DNA from: Nemertoderma westbladi
Taxonomy: Eukaryota; Animalia; Xenacoelomorpha
Assembly: GCA_032718475.1 (NCBI GenBank)
Contig: JAUCBJ010004648.1
Span: 1 to 60,592, forward strand
Reading direction: 5' to 3'
DNA: 60,592 nucleotides
Shown here: positions 36,912-50,541 of the stretch, piece after piece
Numbering within the stretch: position 1 is the stretch's first letter
Layout: each line of letters starts with the position of its first letter
Position numbers and translations under genes: made by a program
Notes under the pieces: model-generated
The model's input: the letters and a program-made list of their open reading frames with translations, nothing else
What the model was told of the DNA's origin: nothing
Databases searched by the model: none

Positions 36912-38869
36912 ACTCGTTTATTGCAGTGTAGACAATAAATACATTTGTCTATTGTTCTGGTAAGAACAATAACAGTTATAGCTTTCTTTATTGCAGTAGG
37001 CAATAAAGTTGAAAAGTACCGGTCGACCGGTAACCAGTAGGCCTAACTACCTAACCACCCGGACCGGTACTTACAGCAGTACAGGTACATCAGTATTATT
37101 CGATTTGATAATTATATACCGGTAGGTCTTGATATTAATCGGGGACGCCTGGTTTTTATTGGGATTTTACTTATTTCTGTCAGTTTTATTTATCTGTAAG
37201 TTAATATTGAGCAGAAGACGTGTAAGCCTGCTCAGATTGTACAGATAATTTGTAGGCTGGATTGTCGTCTGGCTGTTGTTAGGTCTGAAGAGATTGCGGT
37301 GTGTGTAGAGTGTCTGTCCGGTAAAGTACTAGTTAGGAACGTGGGGGCAGCCAGTGCTGTAAGGTAAATCCCCCCCGAAAGAATAAGTCGTACTACTCGG
37401 TTAGAACGCATACTAACTAACCATTTCGGAATCTGCACATACTGTAGTTTATTTAGGCTTGATAGTAGTCTGCCAGCGTTTGGTTTGTATTTTGTTTGAG
37501 TAGTCTGTATGGGTAGCGTAATATTTATTATTCAGAGTTTATGCGATTATTCGCAACATTCATACCTCCAAGTTTATTCCTACAGTAATTGTGCTTGTTA
37601 TACATACCGTTATAGTTAAATTAACCCCGGTACTACATCAGGGCTGCTCGGCGTAGGTAAACACCGGCGATTTTATGCGCTAGTCACTCCAGCAGATGCT
37701 GTGGTTCTTTTAGCTGTTCAAGTATATTTAACTGCTGGTTATTTGTTATACAAGTACTTGTACCTAATCTAGGGTTTAGTGTACAATACTTTCCGAAAGT
37801 AATTAGTTTGTGGGCAGTATATTTGTGTTGTAAAGTGGTTAATAGGCACGTTAGCTCTGGTAGGCTGCGGTAATTAACTTCTAGGTAGGGACACTCCGGG
37901 TACATAACGTAGTACTTATAGTGCTGTATAGCAAAAAGGCTATAAGTCGTCAGACGGTGGTATTTTCTTATCTGGACAACACAGTGTATTTACTACTGCT
38001 TAATTATTTTCAAATACCGTAGTATCCTGTCCGTTTGTAATAACCAGAAATTCTAACTCCCTGTTAGACTGGTTTGTAGATTCCCTGTAAAATTACCCTA
38101 AGAAAAATTTGTACGTGTAATTTGTTATTGTTTATTTAGAGATTGTAATCTCACTCAATAATTGTAGGTAATTAGTAGATAAGTAACTTAGTAAAGTAGA
38201 ATTATTCGTTTTAGTGTCCAACAGGTGGCACTCCACTGAGAGCGTTAGCTTCTGTGTAGTGACCCCTTACCAGAAACAATAACATTTGTTTCAAATATTG
38301 GCAAATCCCATTGTACGGGTATACATATTATAAATCAACTCAAACCGATTTATAAATAGTAGGCCTGTCATCCATCAATTAGGTCTTAATATCAGTTGGA
38401 CTACTGCTTAAATAACGGTAATAAAGTAACGTAAAGTAACCAAGTAACCCTAAAATTCAGAAATTCAATTATTCTAAAATAATTGATATACCGGTATTTA
38501 CGATAGGCTTATTATATTTATTTCTATAAAGTTATGCTGAAATCATATACCGGTATTCTGTAATTAATTTAGTCTATAATTATACTTATATATACTATAA
38601 GTGTAAACTGTATACTGGTATTCACGGTAGGCTTATTATATATTTATATATTTACGCTGAATTATATACCGGTATTTTTGTGACAAACCCTAGTCTGTAA
38701 TAATACTTATACTATAAGTGTATACCGGTATTTTAATATATTGTATATATATCACGTTACACTGAGTAACGATATCGGTAATTGATCCCTAGGCTTACAG
38801 TGTATACTGAATTACTAGACTTGCTTTAACTGTCGTTATATTAGTAAGCATTCAACTGTACAATCAAAC

Positions 38870-41800
38870 ATGTCTGACACAAAGCAAACACTGTCAGATA
38901 GTCTCTTAGAAAGTGCTAGAAGGAGTGTTAGACAGGGTCTTAAAAGATCTGGGACTCAGCTAAGAGTATAGAACGTCTGAGACCAAAGTCCAAGTCCCCT
39001 CCTACTGTAAGAAAGGTCATCCCTACAGTAGTAGTGTCAGACCCTAGGCTAGTAGAGCACCATAGGTCTATCATAGGCACTCGGGCTCAAGTCAAGCGGG
39101 ACCAAGAGGAAGCTGTTAAACAGCAGCAACACTCGAGCCGAGAACTTATTTCTCAGCGATCAGATAGCTCCAGTAGTTCGGATACTGTAGAGCTGACATC
39201 CGAGCACGGAGCAAGGATGGCAGATGCGGTTTATTCGGATCCCCTTCTCATTCTTCCTGCAGCCGTACTCACTAGGGTATTGATTGCGGTGGAGGAACAC
39301 CAAATTGATTGGGCGAGAGGTAGGCGATCGACCAAGGACAGTTATGCAGGATACACCAAGGAGGAACTGAAGTCTATTGTCGAGTCGCAATGGAACTTCC
39401 CCGGACCCGGACTCCCGTTTGACTTATCGGAAGCTGCCTGGAAGACATACACAGGATGGGAGTGACAAAAGACACTAGTGATCCAGCTGTGTGGAAGAGG
39501 TCGGCACCAGGATATGTACAGGGATTCTTCAGCTCTTTGGAGCGATTAGAGGAACAACTGTTTCAACAACCCCAAGGACCTCAAGAGCAGGGAGAGCTGC
39601 TTTATCAAGTTCGAGAAAGAACTCTAAGGATCAGACTAATCCTATCGGCCTTTGAGGAAGCTTCGAAAAGAAGACAGGACACGTCGTTGCAAGTTGCCGT
39701 CAAGACTTGGTTCCAGCGGGTGAGTCTCAGGGTTCAAGGAACGGCCCAGTGGAAATCTCAGCTGGCTGAGCGCTCAATCCATGGAGAATCAACAGACGCT
39801 ACCTTTTCTCAAGTGGAAAGTGAAGCGACAGCAGAGAAACCGCAGAAGAAGGACGCTATTGACCTCTATCTGTCAGACTATCAACGATTTATAGGAGACG
39901 AAGAGTTGAGGAGACGGCTGGCTGGACTTCGCCCTAATAGTGAAGGAGCCAAGTGTGTGTTAGACACATTAGATGCGGAAATGTTAGCTGCGAACCAAGC
40001 TAAATTTGATGAACGCCTCCGCATCGCTAGTCTCCAAGAAGAATTGGTAAAGAAAAAACGTATAGAAGACGGAAAGACAGCAGCAGCGGCAGCGGCAGAA
40101 GTTGAAAGAAAAGCGGCAGCGGCAGCGGCAGCGGCAGAGGTAGAAGCGGAAAGAAAAGCAGCAGCGGCAGCGGCAGAGGTAGAAGCGGAAAGAAAGCGAG
40201 CAGCGGTAGAAGCGGAAAGAAAAGCAGCAGAGGCAGTGGCAGAAGCAGAACGGAGAGCGTCTGAAGAGACCACCCAACTAGAGTTGGAAAATCTGCAAGA
40301 GACGCAAGATTACATAGACAAACAGTTAACAGCTAGTCAGATGCAGATGATAAGTAGATCTACTCCCAAGCGACAGAGCTATACATCATCGGACGAAGGC
40401 GATACAACAGATCCTGAAGGTGGAGCAAATAGATCTCGTCTCAGCAAGCATAGAAGAATGCCCCACCGTCAGAAATTGCCTAATCTGCCCCCAGCTGTGA
40501 GAAGGCAACTAGCTAGCACAGATTTGGGTAGTACAGAACTCACAGACCAAATTATTAAAATAGAAAGACTCCCTACTATAGTAGATGAGCCTGAAATAAT
40601 CAGGCCTGTTCTCGAAGCCACCCCTTCGGTGATAGAGACACCTGTACTCCCGGAACCTACCTCTAAATTCCCTTTGCACAGCACTAAACTACCTGTGCCC
40701 AACAGAACCGCCTCTGAGACAGTTCCTGTCCTGGACTCCAAGCGAAATATCAATGATTTGTCACCCGTTGTCCCTCGTCTACCCGCTACTATGTTGGCGG
40801 CTCCCGCTTCGGCGGTCGAGTGGGTGGATGAGGGACGGCGGGAAATGGGTCTCCTGCTCGGGCAACTGAGGGAACACCGTTTGTGTTCCTCTCAGCAGGT
40901 CCGGGAGATGGAAGGGACTGTTCAGCAGTTAAAGGGAACAGTCAGAGAGGGTAGGTTAGAGTTGCAAGAAGTGCAGCAGAATATCGCGTTAGAACGCGAT
41001 AAATTGGTAAATATACAAAAAGGTATACCACCACCCCCTGTAACAATGTGTCAACCTGTTAGGTCTGAAGTATGTCATGCGCAAGGTGTAGAGCATACAC
41101 GCATCTATACTGCTAGTGAAGTAGAAACTCCTATAGTAAACCCTATTAAGGGTAATTATAAACCTGTTGACAATGATATTCCATATAGACCTGATTATAA
41201 TCCGAGAAATTTATATACCGATAACTCGATATTAAATAATACGATGGCCCAAGAAAGTTTTACGCGTCAAATGGCTAGAACCGAAGCCCGTCAAGCGGTA
41301 AAGATGGGAGAGATAGTCAAGTTCAATGGAGATGAGATGAAATGGTTACCTTTTAATGAATAAAGATAACATACTGAACTCTGTACTAGCTAACGGAGAG
41401 AAACTTAGATTCCTCATCGAGTGCTTGGAAGGACCTCCCAAGTTAATGGCGTTGAAGTTTATTGGACATCCAGATGGATTAAGACAAGTTTGGGATACAC
41501 TAAACATCATGTATGGTAATAGGACTAACATAGCTAGGTATTTGTATGCGAAATTAATGGCACCCCGAAAGTTTCTTAGCAGCGGGATTATAGAGTTTTC
41601 CGATGAGATTCAGGAGATCTGTAGACAATTAGACTGGTTGGGTAAGTCTCATGAATACCAAAATTATATGGTTGTAGGAGCCTTAGCATCAGCTTTGCCA
41701 AAGGGTGAAGTAGGTACTCGCTGGGACAAAAAGGATTCTATTTGATGGACCAACAACATAGAGATCCAACCATGATGGACCTTCTGTCATTCTTAAACCG

Positions 41801-43889
41801 AGAGGTAAGATTACAACTCCTAAAACAGTCTAGAGAGAAGACTCCTGAAAGTGAGGTAAGTGAAAAACCCGTTTCTAGGAGAAAGGTAACACCAGTGTGT
41901 TATACAGACGACGGCGAAAGCCAGACCTCTCAAGAGGAGAGCAATAGGAGAGACACTGAAAGATCTTACTATGTCAACAAAGCACCAAAAGACGTAAGTA
42001 AATTAAAGTCTCGAACCAGTGACAGGAGAGAATATACAACAAAAACTCCTCCCACGTCTCCTAAAAGAATTCATGGAAGAAAGCCCGAGGAAAGAACGAG
42101 TGTGCATAACATTACCCAAGGTAAAGTAAGTAACATCAAGCCAAAATGTGTGTTGTGCGATGGGCCCCATCGTTTAAGTGTGTGTGAGGAGTTCCTAAAG
42201 AAATACCTAAAAGATAGACGCGAAGTCATGTGGGATAAGCGGTTGTGTTATAATTGTCTCAGACAAGGACACCAACGGCGAACCTGTTACTCCGACGCAA
42301 GGTGTGCGAAGTGCGGCGCGAAACATCATATTTTGTTGCACACCGAATTCGAAAGAAACAGCCCGAGTCAGGTAAGGGAGTCTGAACTACATGTCCAATT
42401 CAGTGATGTGAATGACACTGACCTCAGTTCCGAGATGGAAGGATTCTCCACAGATGAATTCTCCGACGAAAACGAATCCTGTTATCTAATAAACACCGCA
42501 GTGTATCGAGCACTTACGTATGAGACAGAAACTGAGAGTGAGCTTCCCCTCACTATTCCAGACAGACAACCATCTTGGAAAATGCCAACTACCAACGTAG
42601 GAATCCGAGAATTTCCCGTAGTGCAGTTGAGAGTCCACGGCGTCAGCAAGAGTTATATAGTGAGCGCCCTTCTCGACTCCGGCAGCACAGGAACCTTCAT
42701 CGATAAAGAACTAGCCGAAGATATCTTTGCTGGACAACCTAAGTTCCGAACTAAGTTGAACCTTTCAGGAATTATGCAGGTTTGGAAATCTACAGTAGCT
42801 ACGGACTACTATGTAGGCACTTTGTCCACCCCCCAGGATGAACTAGGAAAACACAGTATAAGGTCAGTAAAAATGGTGGCTATAAAGAACTTCGCTACCA
42901 GCCAAGTGGAACCTTATAACTGGGATGAAGACGATTTCACCCAACAGTATGACATACCTAGATTCAACACAGACTACCCTGGGGTACAAATACTTATCGG
43001 CCAAAATGCGCATGAGGCGCTGGAGACATTAGAAAAACGGCCTACTCAACCGCAACCACTACAAACTTATGCGGGAAGAACTAGAGTAGGTTGGTACTTT
43101 ACTGGCCCCTCCCATAGGACACTCATGGAAAGGCTACCAAAGGAGCAAATTTACCAGGTGTGTGAATGGGAAGGGGAAACAAGTGAGGGAGACGACTCAC
43201 TTGAGGGAATACCATACTCCTCAGATAATGATGATATTAACTCTAATGTAGATCAATGGAGACATTGCCTTGGGACGATTAATCCAGCCGACATCGCTTC
43301 CAGAGGAGCAACTCCTCAAGAACTGATAGATACTCCAGACTGGTTAGGTGGACCCGACTTCCTGAGTAAAGAAGAGGATGAATGGCCTCCTCATCTCACC
43401 ACGGCTGAGATTAGACAAGCCAAGGGAGCGGAGAAATTCAAACCTAAAACCCGGACAAGTAAATCAAAGTTATCCAAACCAGTGATAGATCTATCTGTAC
43501 TACACATTTCCGGAGACGACGTTACGAATCTAAACTCCCTCGCCACAAATAAATCTGTCGAGGAAATTAGAGAAAGAGACAGGAAATCTGGAACATCAGA
43601 CGTCTCGCAAGGACTCTCACCTCTCCTGCAGAGAGCGATACATCCCTATAGTTCCGGGAATCGGCTTTGTAAGGCCGTCGTGTATTTGAAGCGATGTTTC
43701 TATCGTCACTATTCCAGGACGAAGAGGAAACCTGGAATCGTATTTGAAACACAACAACTCAATCGCACAGTTGGTCGTCTATGTTTACTGGAAAGAGACC
43801 GAGAACTGTCCAGAAACTATGGAAGGCAAGATACTCTTCCCACGACCACCTCCCTAATCCGACAAATATCTAGGGACTCCATAACGTAA
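38870..43889 (+). pseudogene. gag-pol of element B: gag and protease retained, RT/RNase H and integrase core deleted
   Basis: High similarity to A with frameshifts. Junctions SSDNDDI|..VDQWRHC (~43240) and HYSRTK|RKPGIVFE (~43722) skip RT-RH and IN. Confidence 0.9.
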
Positions 43890-45347
43890 CAACATACGGA
43901 GTGGGTGTGTGACTATATTATTTTGCATATTTTATTATTTTTATATTTATGTATGTATTATTATGTAATTTTATTATAATCGTTTTCTTTAATTTTATTT
44001 AGTCACATATTATTTTAGCGATTATTTAGTAGATTAGTGCAATATATTAGTCTTATTACTTAATTATGTATATTATATATTTAGTGCGACAGTGAGAATT
44101 AATTATTTTTCTCTTTCCTTACTGTCCGTATCATATTATAAATACGCGACTACAGTAAGATGAAATATCCGTACTTATTAAAGTACAATAAAGCTCCTAC
44201 TATATTCAAGTATTATTGGTAAGCAGAGTATTAGGAATGCAAAGTTCAGATCCTCGTGTCTCGGCTAAACCAAGCTCTGGGTAGACCTTGGAAACGACTT
44301 GCCTCTTCTCACTGACATTGCTTCGTGCGATATTGCTCTCATACCGTATATTAAATAATACATATAGTAGCGTGATGTCCCTTTTAACAGTAGCGTAAAA
44401 CGCAAAATAAATCTGTTAAACCCTTTGACCATCTGCAATTCTAGTCGATTAAGATATCGTGGCACCCACCGATATACTTGAAAGACAAAATTTAGAATCA
44501 GTGGTTAACGTCCCCAGACAAGTTCTGGAATAAATCGGTGCCCATCTTAAATATTATAATTAATATTTATAAAAATCTATAAATCAAAATCTGTTAAAAT
44601 TTAGATCCTTTGAAATTATAGTCAATTAAGATATCGTAGCACTTACCGATACTCTTAAAAGGACAAAATTCCTAAAAATAAGGATCCTCGTCCCCAGACA
44701 TGTTCTGGAATAAAATGGTGTCTATTTAATATTAAATATTAAAATTACGGGAATAAATTTAAATTCATATTTTTTAATGAATTTGATAAATTGTTATTTT
44801 ATACAATTTATAACATTCCCAAAATTCTATTAATTAATAGATCATGGGAGCGGAGATTCACCCTATTAAGTGTATTAAGTGTGCGAGAATCTCCAATATA
44901 TGGTCAATAGCCGATAAAATTCATAAAATCATATATAAAGGGGAATATTGACAATTAAATAATTATTATTAAATAGCATCCCAGATCTGTATGCATGAGA
45001 ATTACCCTAATTCTACTGCTAGCTTTACATAATGTCACCATAGCAACAACCACGCTAGAATTAGAAGCGAGTTAAAAGAAAAATAAAAATTTGCCCATTG
45101 AATAACATACGGAATAGATAGCACACCGCTAGTATCCAGAGATACATAATAATAACATGACATTCTGGAAGGCACTTGACTAACGAACAAATGACCCGAA
45201 TGTGTGATAGAATGTGTACAATTTGTGACAGTTGCGTGGAATTTGTGCGTTTATAGGTGAATGTTACTACTAAGGTGTGTTTACAGTAGCGAGTCGCAGT
45301 TGTGAAAGTAGCCCTACCTCTGTAGCAAGAACCTGAAGTAAATATTG

Positions 45348-45504
45348 GCCCTTGGGACGGACAGTGGAGTGACTCGCGCTGAGTATTGTTGTCGTTGTGT
45401 AGCTACTACGTTGGCGATAGACACGGCGGCGACAGTATATCAGCGCTGAGGATCTTGCGCTGTCCGGGGGCAGTGAGGGGTAGGCAGCGACGCCCGCTAG
45501 CCTA
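45348..45504 (+). ncRNA. Element B copy of the structured RNA upstream of ORF3
   Basis: Stems GGACAGTG/CGCTGTCC, GCGCTGA/TCAGCGC, GTATTGTTGTCGTTGTGT/ACACGGCGGCGACAGTAT and TAGGC..GCCTA. Confidence 0.6.
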
Positions 45505-45544
45505 ATATAATGAATTATAATATTGATAAACTCATATAGCAACG

Positions 45545-47057
45545 ATGACTGAGTTGATAGAAGATGATCTTGGTATCAGGGAGCGATATACCTTACCGTT
45601 AGAAGCGTTTGTTGATAGCTTAATACGCGGTGATGCTAGTCCAGCTACTACGAAGGACGATGGTCGTTATATCGAACCGCCAATGTCCAAGGAACAATTC
45701 CCGCGTGAATTGGACTATAGAAAATTCACCGCTCGATATACGCAGCGTAATAGTACGTATATGGACCTCTTAACTACTGGTCATCCTATCGATTTACACG
45801 ATATGGACGATATAGACACCAAAAGAAAAATGGTTCTATTTAAATATCATACCCAGCGGAGGCGGAACAATAAACCGAGAATCGAACATGAGAATTCTAT
45901 TCGAAATTGACTCGAAAGAGAAGACGTTGAAGGGCCGGATAAATGCAGTAACTTCAACGAATATCTGGAATTATTGAGAGAAACATATCTCAATATTGCC
46001 AGTCAACAAAATCTAGAAACTCGATATCCTCAAGGTATACATCATGACCCTATGATAGAACTCAAATGGCTCTATTCCACTATGATGTATCGTACCACCG
46101 ATCGACCGCTACCTGTTGTACCGGATAGCTTCGAACAGATGGAGGAATATTGTAAAACTGAAGAAAGATCACTCGCGTTTTCCCTACAAGACGTGCGTCT
46201 TTAGTGTTATTGCGATGAATGCCCTAGACCCAACCAACGAATGGAAAGACATAAACATCCGCGGAGACGTTGCGTTGAACACGGTTTTACTCGCTATACT
46301 TACGGGAGTTTTGAGCGAAGCTTGTTTGATGTATCACCTACGCTCGTTTGACTCAGACGATCCTTAAATAAACCAATGATCAGAGTTCCGGAATACTCGA
46401 TCAGACCTCCTTATTCCCTAATGAGACCTCAGACTCTTGATCCTAATAGTATCACGGATCCTCCCGAACTGTACTCACTGCTCAAATTCCGGTGAAAAAC
46501 ATCGGTGGCACTCCGGTTGTGGGCTCCCTAAATATTCGCCCATCTTACCTAGCCGGATTGGGACGCGGACACCTAATGTCGCCATTCAACCGTATAATCG
46601 TCCCCGTTTAACACGATACAACCCGTCACCCAGGTGGAGGAGAGCGTTGTACGAAATGCGTTAGGCGCTATTCTATAAAGGATCAGAAAAGTAACCTATG
46701 TTTGTTCAGATAAACGTAAATTGCAGCAGCAAGTCCAAGCGGTAAACGAATTAGCTTATCTCAGTTTGATCGGGAAATCCAGAATCTCTAAGAAGTTATC
46801 GAACTTGGACGACCCTATTCTCTTCGAGAGTTTTTGGACGAACGCATCCAACAACCAGCGGAGGACAATCAGCTCGAGGAGAAGCATATCGAATTGGACG
46901 AGACACCGACCGTAACCCTAAACCTTCTGATGCAATTGTATTGCACCCTTCACCCAGGAGTTATAGCCCTCCTAGTAAAGTGGCTCGCCCCAAAGAGAAA
47001 AGGACTCTTGCTAGCCTCAAAAAACTGCGTAAACGCCGTCCGCGCAAGAAAGACTAA
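45545..47057 (+). pseudogene. ORF3 pseudogene of element B (exonuclease and knuckle region deleted)
   Basis: Starts MTELIEDDLGIRERY as in A; has stops and frameshifts; jumps near 46905 from the coiled coil to the C-terminal tail ending KKLRKRRPRKKD*. Confidence 0.9.
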
Positions 47058-47135
47058 CTGTTTAGAGTATTTTTATATTTTAGAAACTGTGATTTTTTAT
47101 ATTTTATAGAATTAAATCCCATTTTCTGTGAGCAG

Positions 47136-50100
47136 TGTAAAAGCTTTTGCGGATATAACTGGCCCTTTTTCTCCGCAATGTACTGTGTAAGGTGTTTTGA
47201 GGACATAACAAGCGATTTTATCAGCTATGTCTGCATGTGTGCTCTAGCGGACATAAAAAGCCAGTTTTCCCACAATTCGCTCAAATACTCTAAACTACCT
47301 AACTCAAATGATGCAATCTACAAGCTGATTTGCTGTGCGCACATAGCCTCTTTGTTCTGTTCTATCAACCAATCAGAGCGATTTCGCCTTGTGTTGGAGA
47401 AGGCCTGCAAAAAACCCGAATAGTTCGGCATTTAGACATTTGCGGAATCTGTAGAATCTGGAGCTCAGCCAATGAGAGCTTTTTCTCTTTACATTGAAAG
47501 ATGCTTACAGAAACCCACGCAATTCAGTCAGTGTGTATCTTTCTAAGCCAGAACACCGGCTTAGGATTCTTCTGTACTTCTGTAGAAGTTTCAGACTTTG
47601 GCCAGAACATTAGATGCCTTTGATTATCGAAACATAAACTATTACCAACGGTCAACGGTCAACGGTGCACAATCCACGGTACGGTACCGTACAAAAACAA
47701 TTATTGCATTATTTCACTGTCTGTTATTAATGGTTAAATCTGTTGATGGATATATTGTTATATTTAGAGAATATTGATAAACAACCGCGACCTCTATACT
47801 AACAGTGAACAGACAAATACCCGTATACTCCTCTGCCAACCTAATAAGTTCTCGTCTAACCAATAAGACACAAAGACTGCTCTACTGTTAAGTAAAGGGG
47901 ATCAGGAGCGTGATATTACTAAATTGTAAAGGTTGCTAAATACAAAACCGCTACTTACCGTTAGATGGCGCTAATCTGCCGTCCGCTAATATAATTTACT
48001 AAATTTACACAGCTCCTGCAAAATCGCTTGTTCCTTTCTCTACCGATTGCTCGACAGAGAGCTAACTGTTCGAATCTATGAGCCACGCGGGAATAACCAA
48101 AACAATAAACCCGAGTCGGCTCCCTAAGCTTACTTAAGACGAGTGCGAGAGGCTTTGCACTCAGAGTATTCTTACGCCTAATTCTATCACTATTAAAGCA
48201 CGCTATTGCCTACGTCTTTTCTAATCGCGAATACTGGGGGTTCCCTATCGTATGTGTGAATGCGAGAATATTTAAATATCAAAATGGTACAGTGTTTGTC
48301 TCTACGTGGATAGTACCGCTCTGGGTCTAAACTTGCCTGCAGCTGGCTTTAGGCCAGCAAATTACTAGCGTGTTGTGTGTACCGAATAGTGCGATCTAGC
48401 TGATTGCCCGCTAATGCAAATAACCGCTCAGCGTGAATAGTTTACAGTACTCTAATTATTACCTTAGCTACTCTCCGCTATGCTGCGTACTAATTCTTAA
48501 TTTTTACTAATCAATTACAGTCACAAATATGTAACAGCGTACTAATTACTAAGAGTTCCAGAATACGTAATTCTAATTTATTACGCAACAGGTTTCGCTA
48601 GTAATAGCCTAAATTGCCGTATTACTTTGACCTAATCAGTAACTAATTGTTGTAACTAAGAAATAGAAATCAATCAAAGAAAAGGGGGCGCCTACCTAAA
48701 CATTCACAATCGTAGGCACACTTCAATAACACACCAATCAGCGTCAGCAATCACAGTTCGCAATTATGCAGTTAACTACTGTATAGCCCACAGTTATGCG
48801 ACTCACTATTCGTACTTCACACTCCACGTTGTGATACGTGCAGGCCTCTCCCGGGTACATATAGGACTCCTAACTAACCTGATTCCTGCCCCCCTAATAC
48901 TAAATAGAGACGAAACCTGGATCATCAGCCCCCTAATTACTGTACCAGCGAATGGTCTGCATACCACAGCGTGAACTACCCGACCGCAACGGTGACCCCC
49001 CGCCAGCGTTGCTCGCTTTTGAATCCTCCGCTCTCCCTTCGTCGCTAACCCCCCGATGTGCCCACCGCCCACTGGCACCTTAGCCCTCCATTATGCTAAT
49101 AGCTACCGTAGCGGCGCATGCAAATCACAAAGTCTGACAGTCTCAGAAATCCCTTAGGATTATTGCGTAGAAAGGAATCACATAGAACCATTAACAAAAG
49201 GTAGAAATCATAGTTCCAGTTGTAATTAGCAGTAATCGATGGAATTAATTGAGAAACACAATCAAGAATAATCGCACTAGCAAATCATCTTAAGAAATTA
49301 ATCAAAAATTTAGCAAATTGCAGAAATACGCAAAAATATCCGTCAAAATTGAATAGGGACAGCTCAGCAAGTACAAGGGTGTGGATTGTGAGGTATAGAA
49401 AGATACAGCTCTACCGGCAAACCGCCAATTTATAGGTGATCCGGATGGGGTGATGCAATAGGGTGACTCAATCGCTCTCCTATTGGCTCTCCAGTCCGCG
49501 CTAGCATTAGACCAAGCTGGAAGCAGTTAGTCCAATAAGGAGGCCGGATTGTAGCCCTATTGCTGCCCAAACCTCGAATTATTACCATATATGGTAATGG
49601 ATCATGTCCCTGGCTGCTGAATGGCCAGGACAGCGTCCCTATATGCTAGCCCTATTGAAGCTAATATCAGCAAGCACGAAATCCAGGGTCCGACTAAACT
49701 TGCTACCCTGGAACTATCTACATATATCCTAATACAAAATTACGTAGGTAGGGCTACATATTATACAAAATGGATGGATTCAAATATATGGGCGTTTTGG
49801 TTTCCCTATCTAAATATCGCCTCGCTATTATATCTTATCTAAAATATTATGCTGCACAACGGACTAATATTACATACAGTACAACGGACCAATACATGTG
49901 GATACAGCGCCATATACCGTAACAAATATCGATAAAGAACCCAAAAAACCCCAATCTTATTGATTATTGAAGGTTAGAGGACAGGTTACCGGTAGCAATT
50001 GCGACTTACATTATAGTGGTTCTGGAGTGAATTAAATGCTATTTCATAATCCCTACAGTGTATCATGTTGCTATCCTCCTTATATATGATCAAATTCAGT

Positions 50101-50536
50101 AACTGTCGGCAGATCAGTGTGAAGCAGTGTGAAGTTGTGTGCGGTGATGTGACTGGTAATAAAGCATCTCCTAAAGAATGCGCCTTTTATGTAAATCAAT
50201 AGACGTCCCATTGTGTTTAGTGTAAGTCATAACTCTGTTTATATACTTAAAGCGCCACGTCCTAAAGGAACTGTTAATATTTCCCTGAAAGTGAATATAT
50301 TGTCAGAGATTATATAGCAACTATCAATCGAATGATACAGTAGGTCTACAACGCAATAATAAGTCAAAGCATCCGAATCCAGTCTCCCTTAACAGTGGGT
50401 GAATGGTCACGCATAGACTGGCTTCGGCTAATGTTATTTCAGTAATATTAAATTGTCGTAGGCTAAAGTCGATTTATAAATTAGAAGACACCTAAAATTA
50501 GCGGGTTAAACTGCTAAAAGTCTAAAAGCGCGAACA
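47136..50536 (+). repeat. 3' LTR of element B (interrupted by a solo LTR)
   Basis: Matches 35362-36899 on both sides of the 47775-49924 insertion. Confidence 0.93.
47775..49924. mobile_element. Solo LTR (2150 bp) of another family, probably on the minus strand
   Basis: TG...CA termini; 5-bp TSD AATAT (47770-47774, 49925-49929); absent from the 5' LTR of B; non-coding. Confidence 0.85.
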
Positions 50537-50541
50537 AAGGT

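Larger units (their letters stand above)
35362..50536 (+). mobile_element. Element B: internally deleted BEL/Pao element related to A
   Basis: LTRs 35362-36899 and 47136-50536 (TG...CA); TSD AAGGT at 35357-35361 and 50537-50541; internal region collinear with A. Confidence 0.95.

Noticed and set aside
50506-50541. C-terminus of the 223-aa ORF 50506-51177 as a genuine protein end
   Set aside because: The last residues are read from element B's LTR; the native frame continues on the other side of B.
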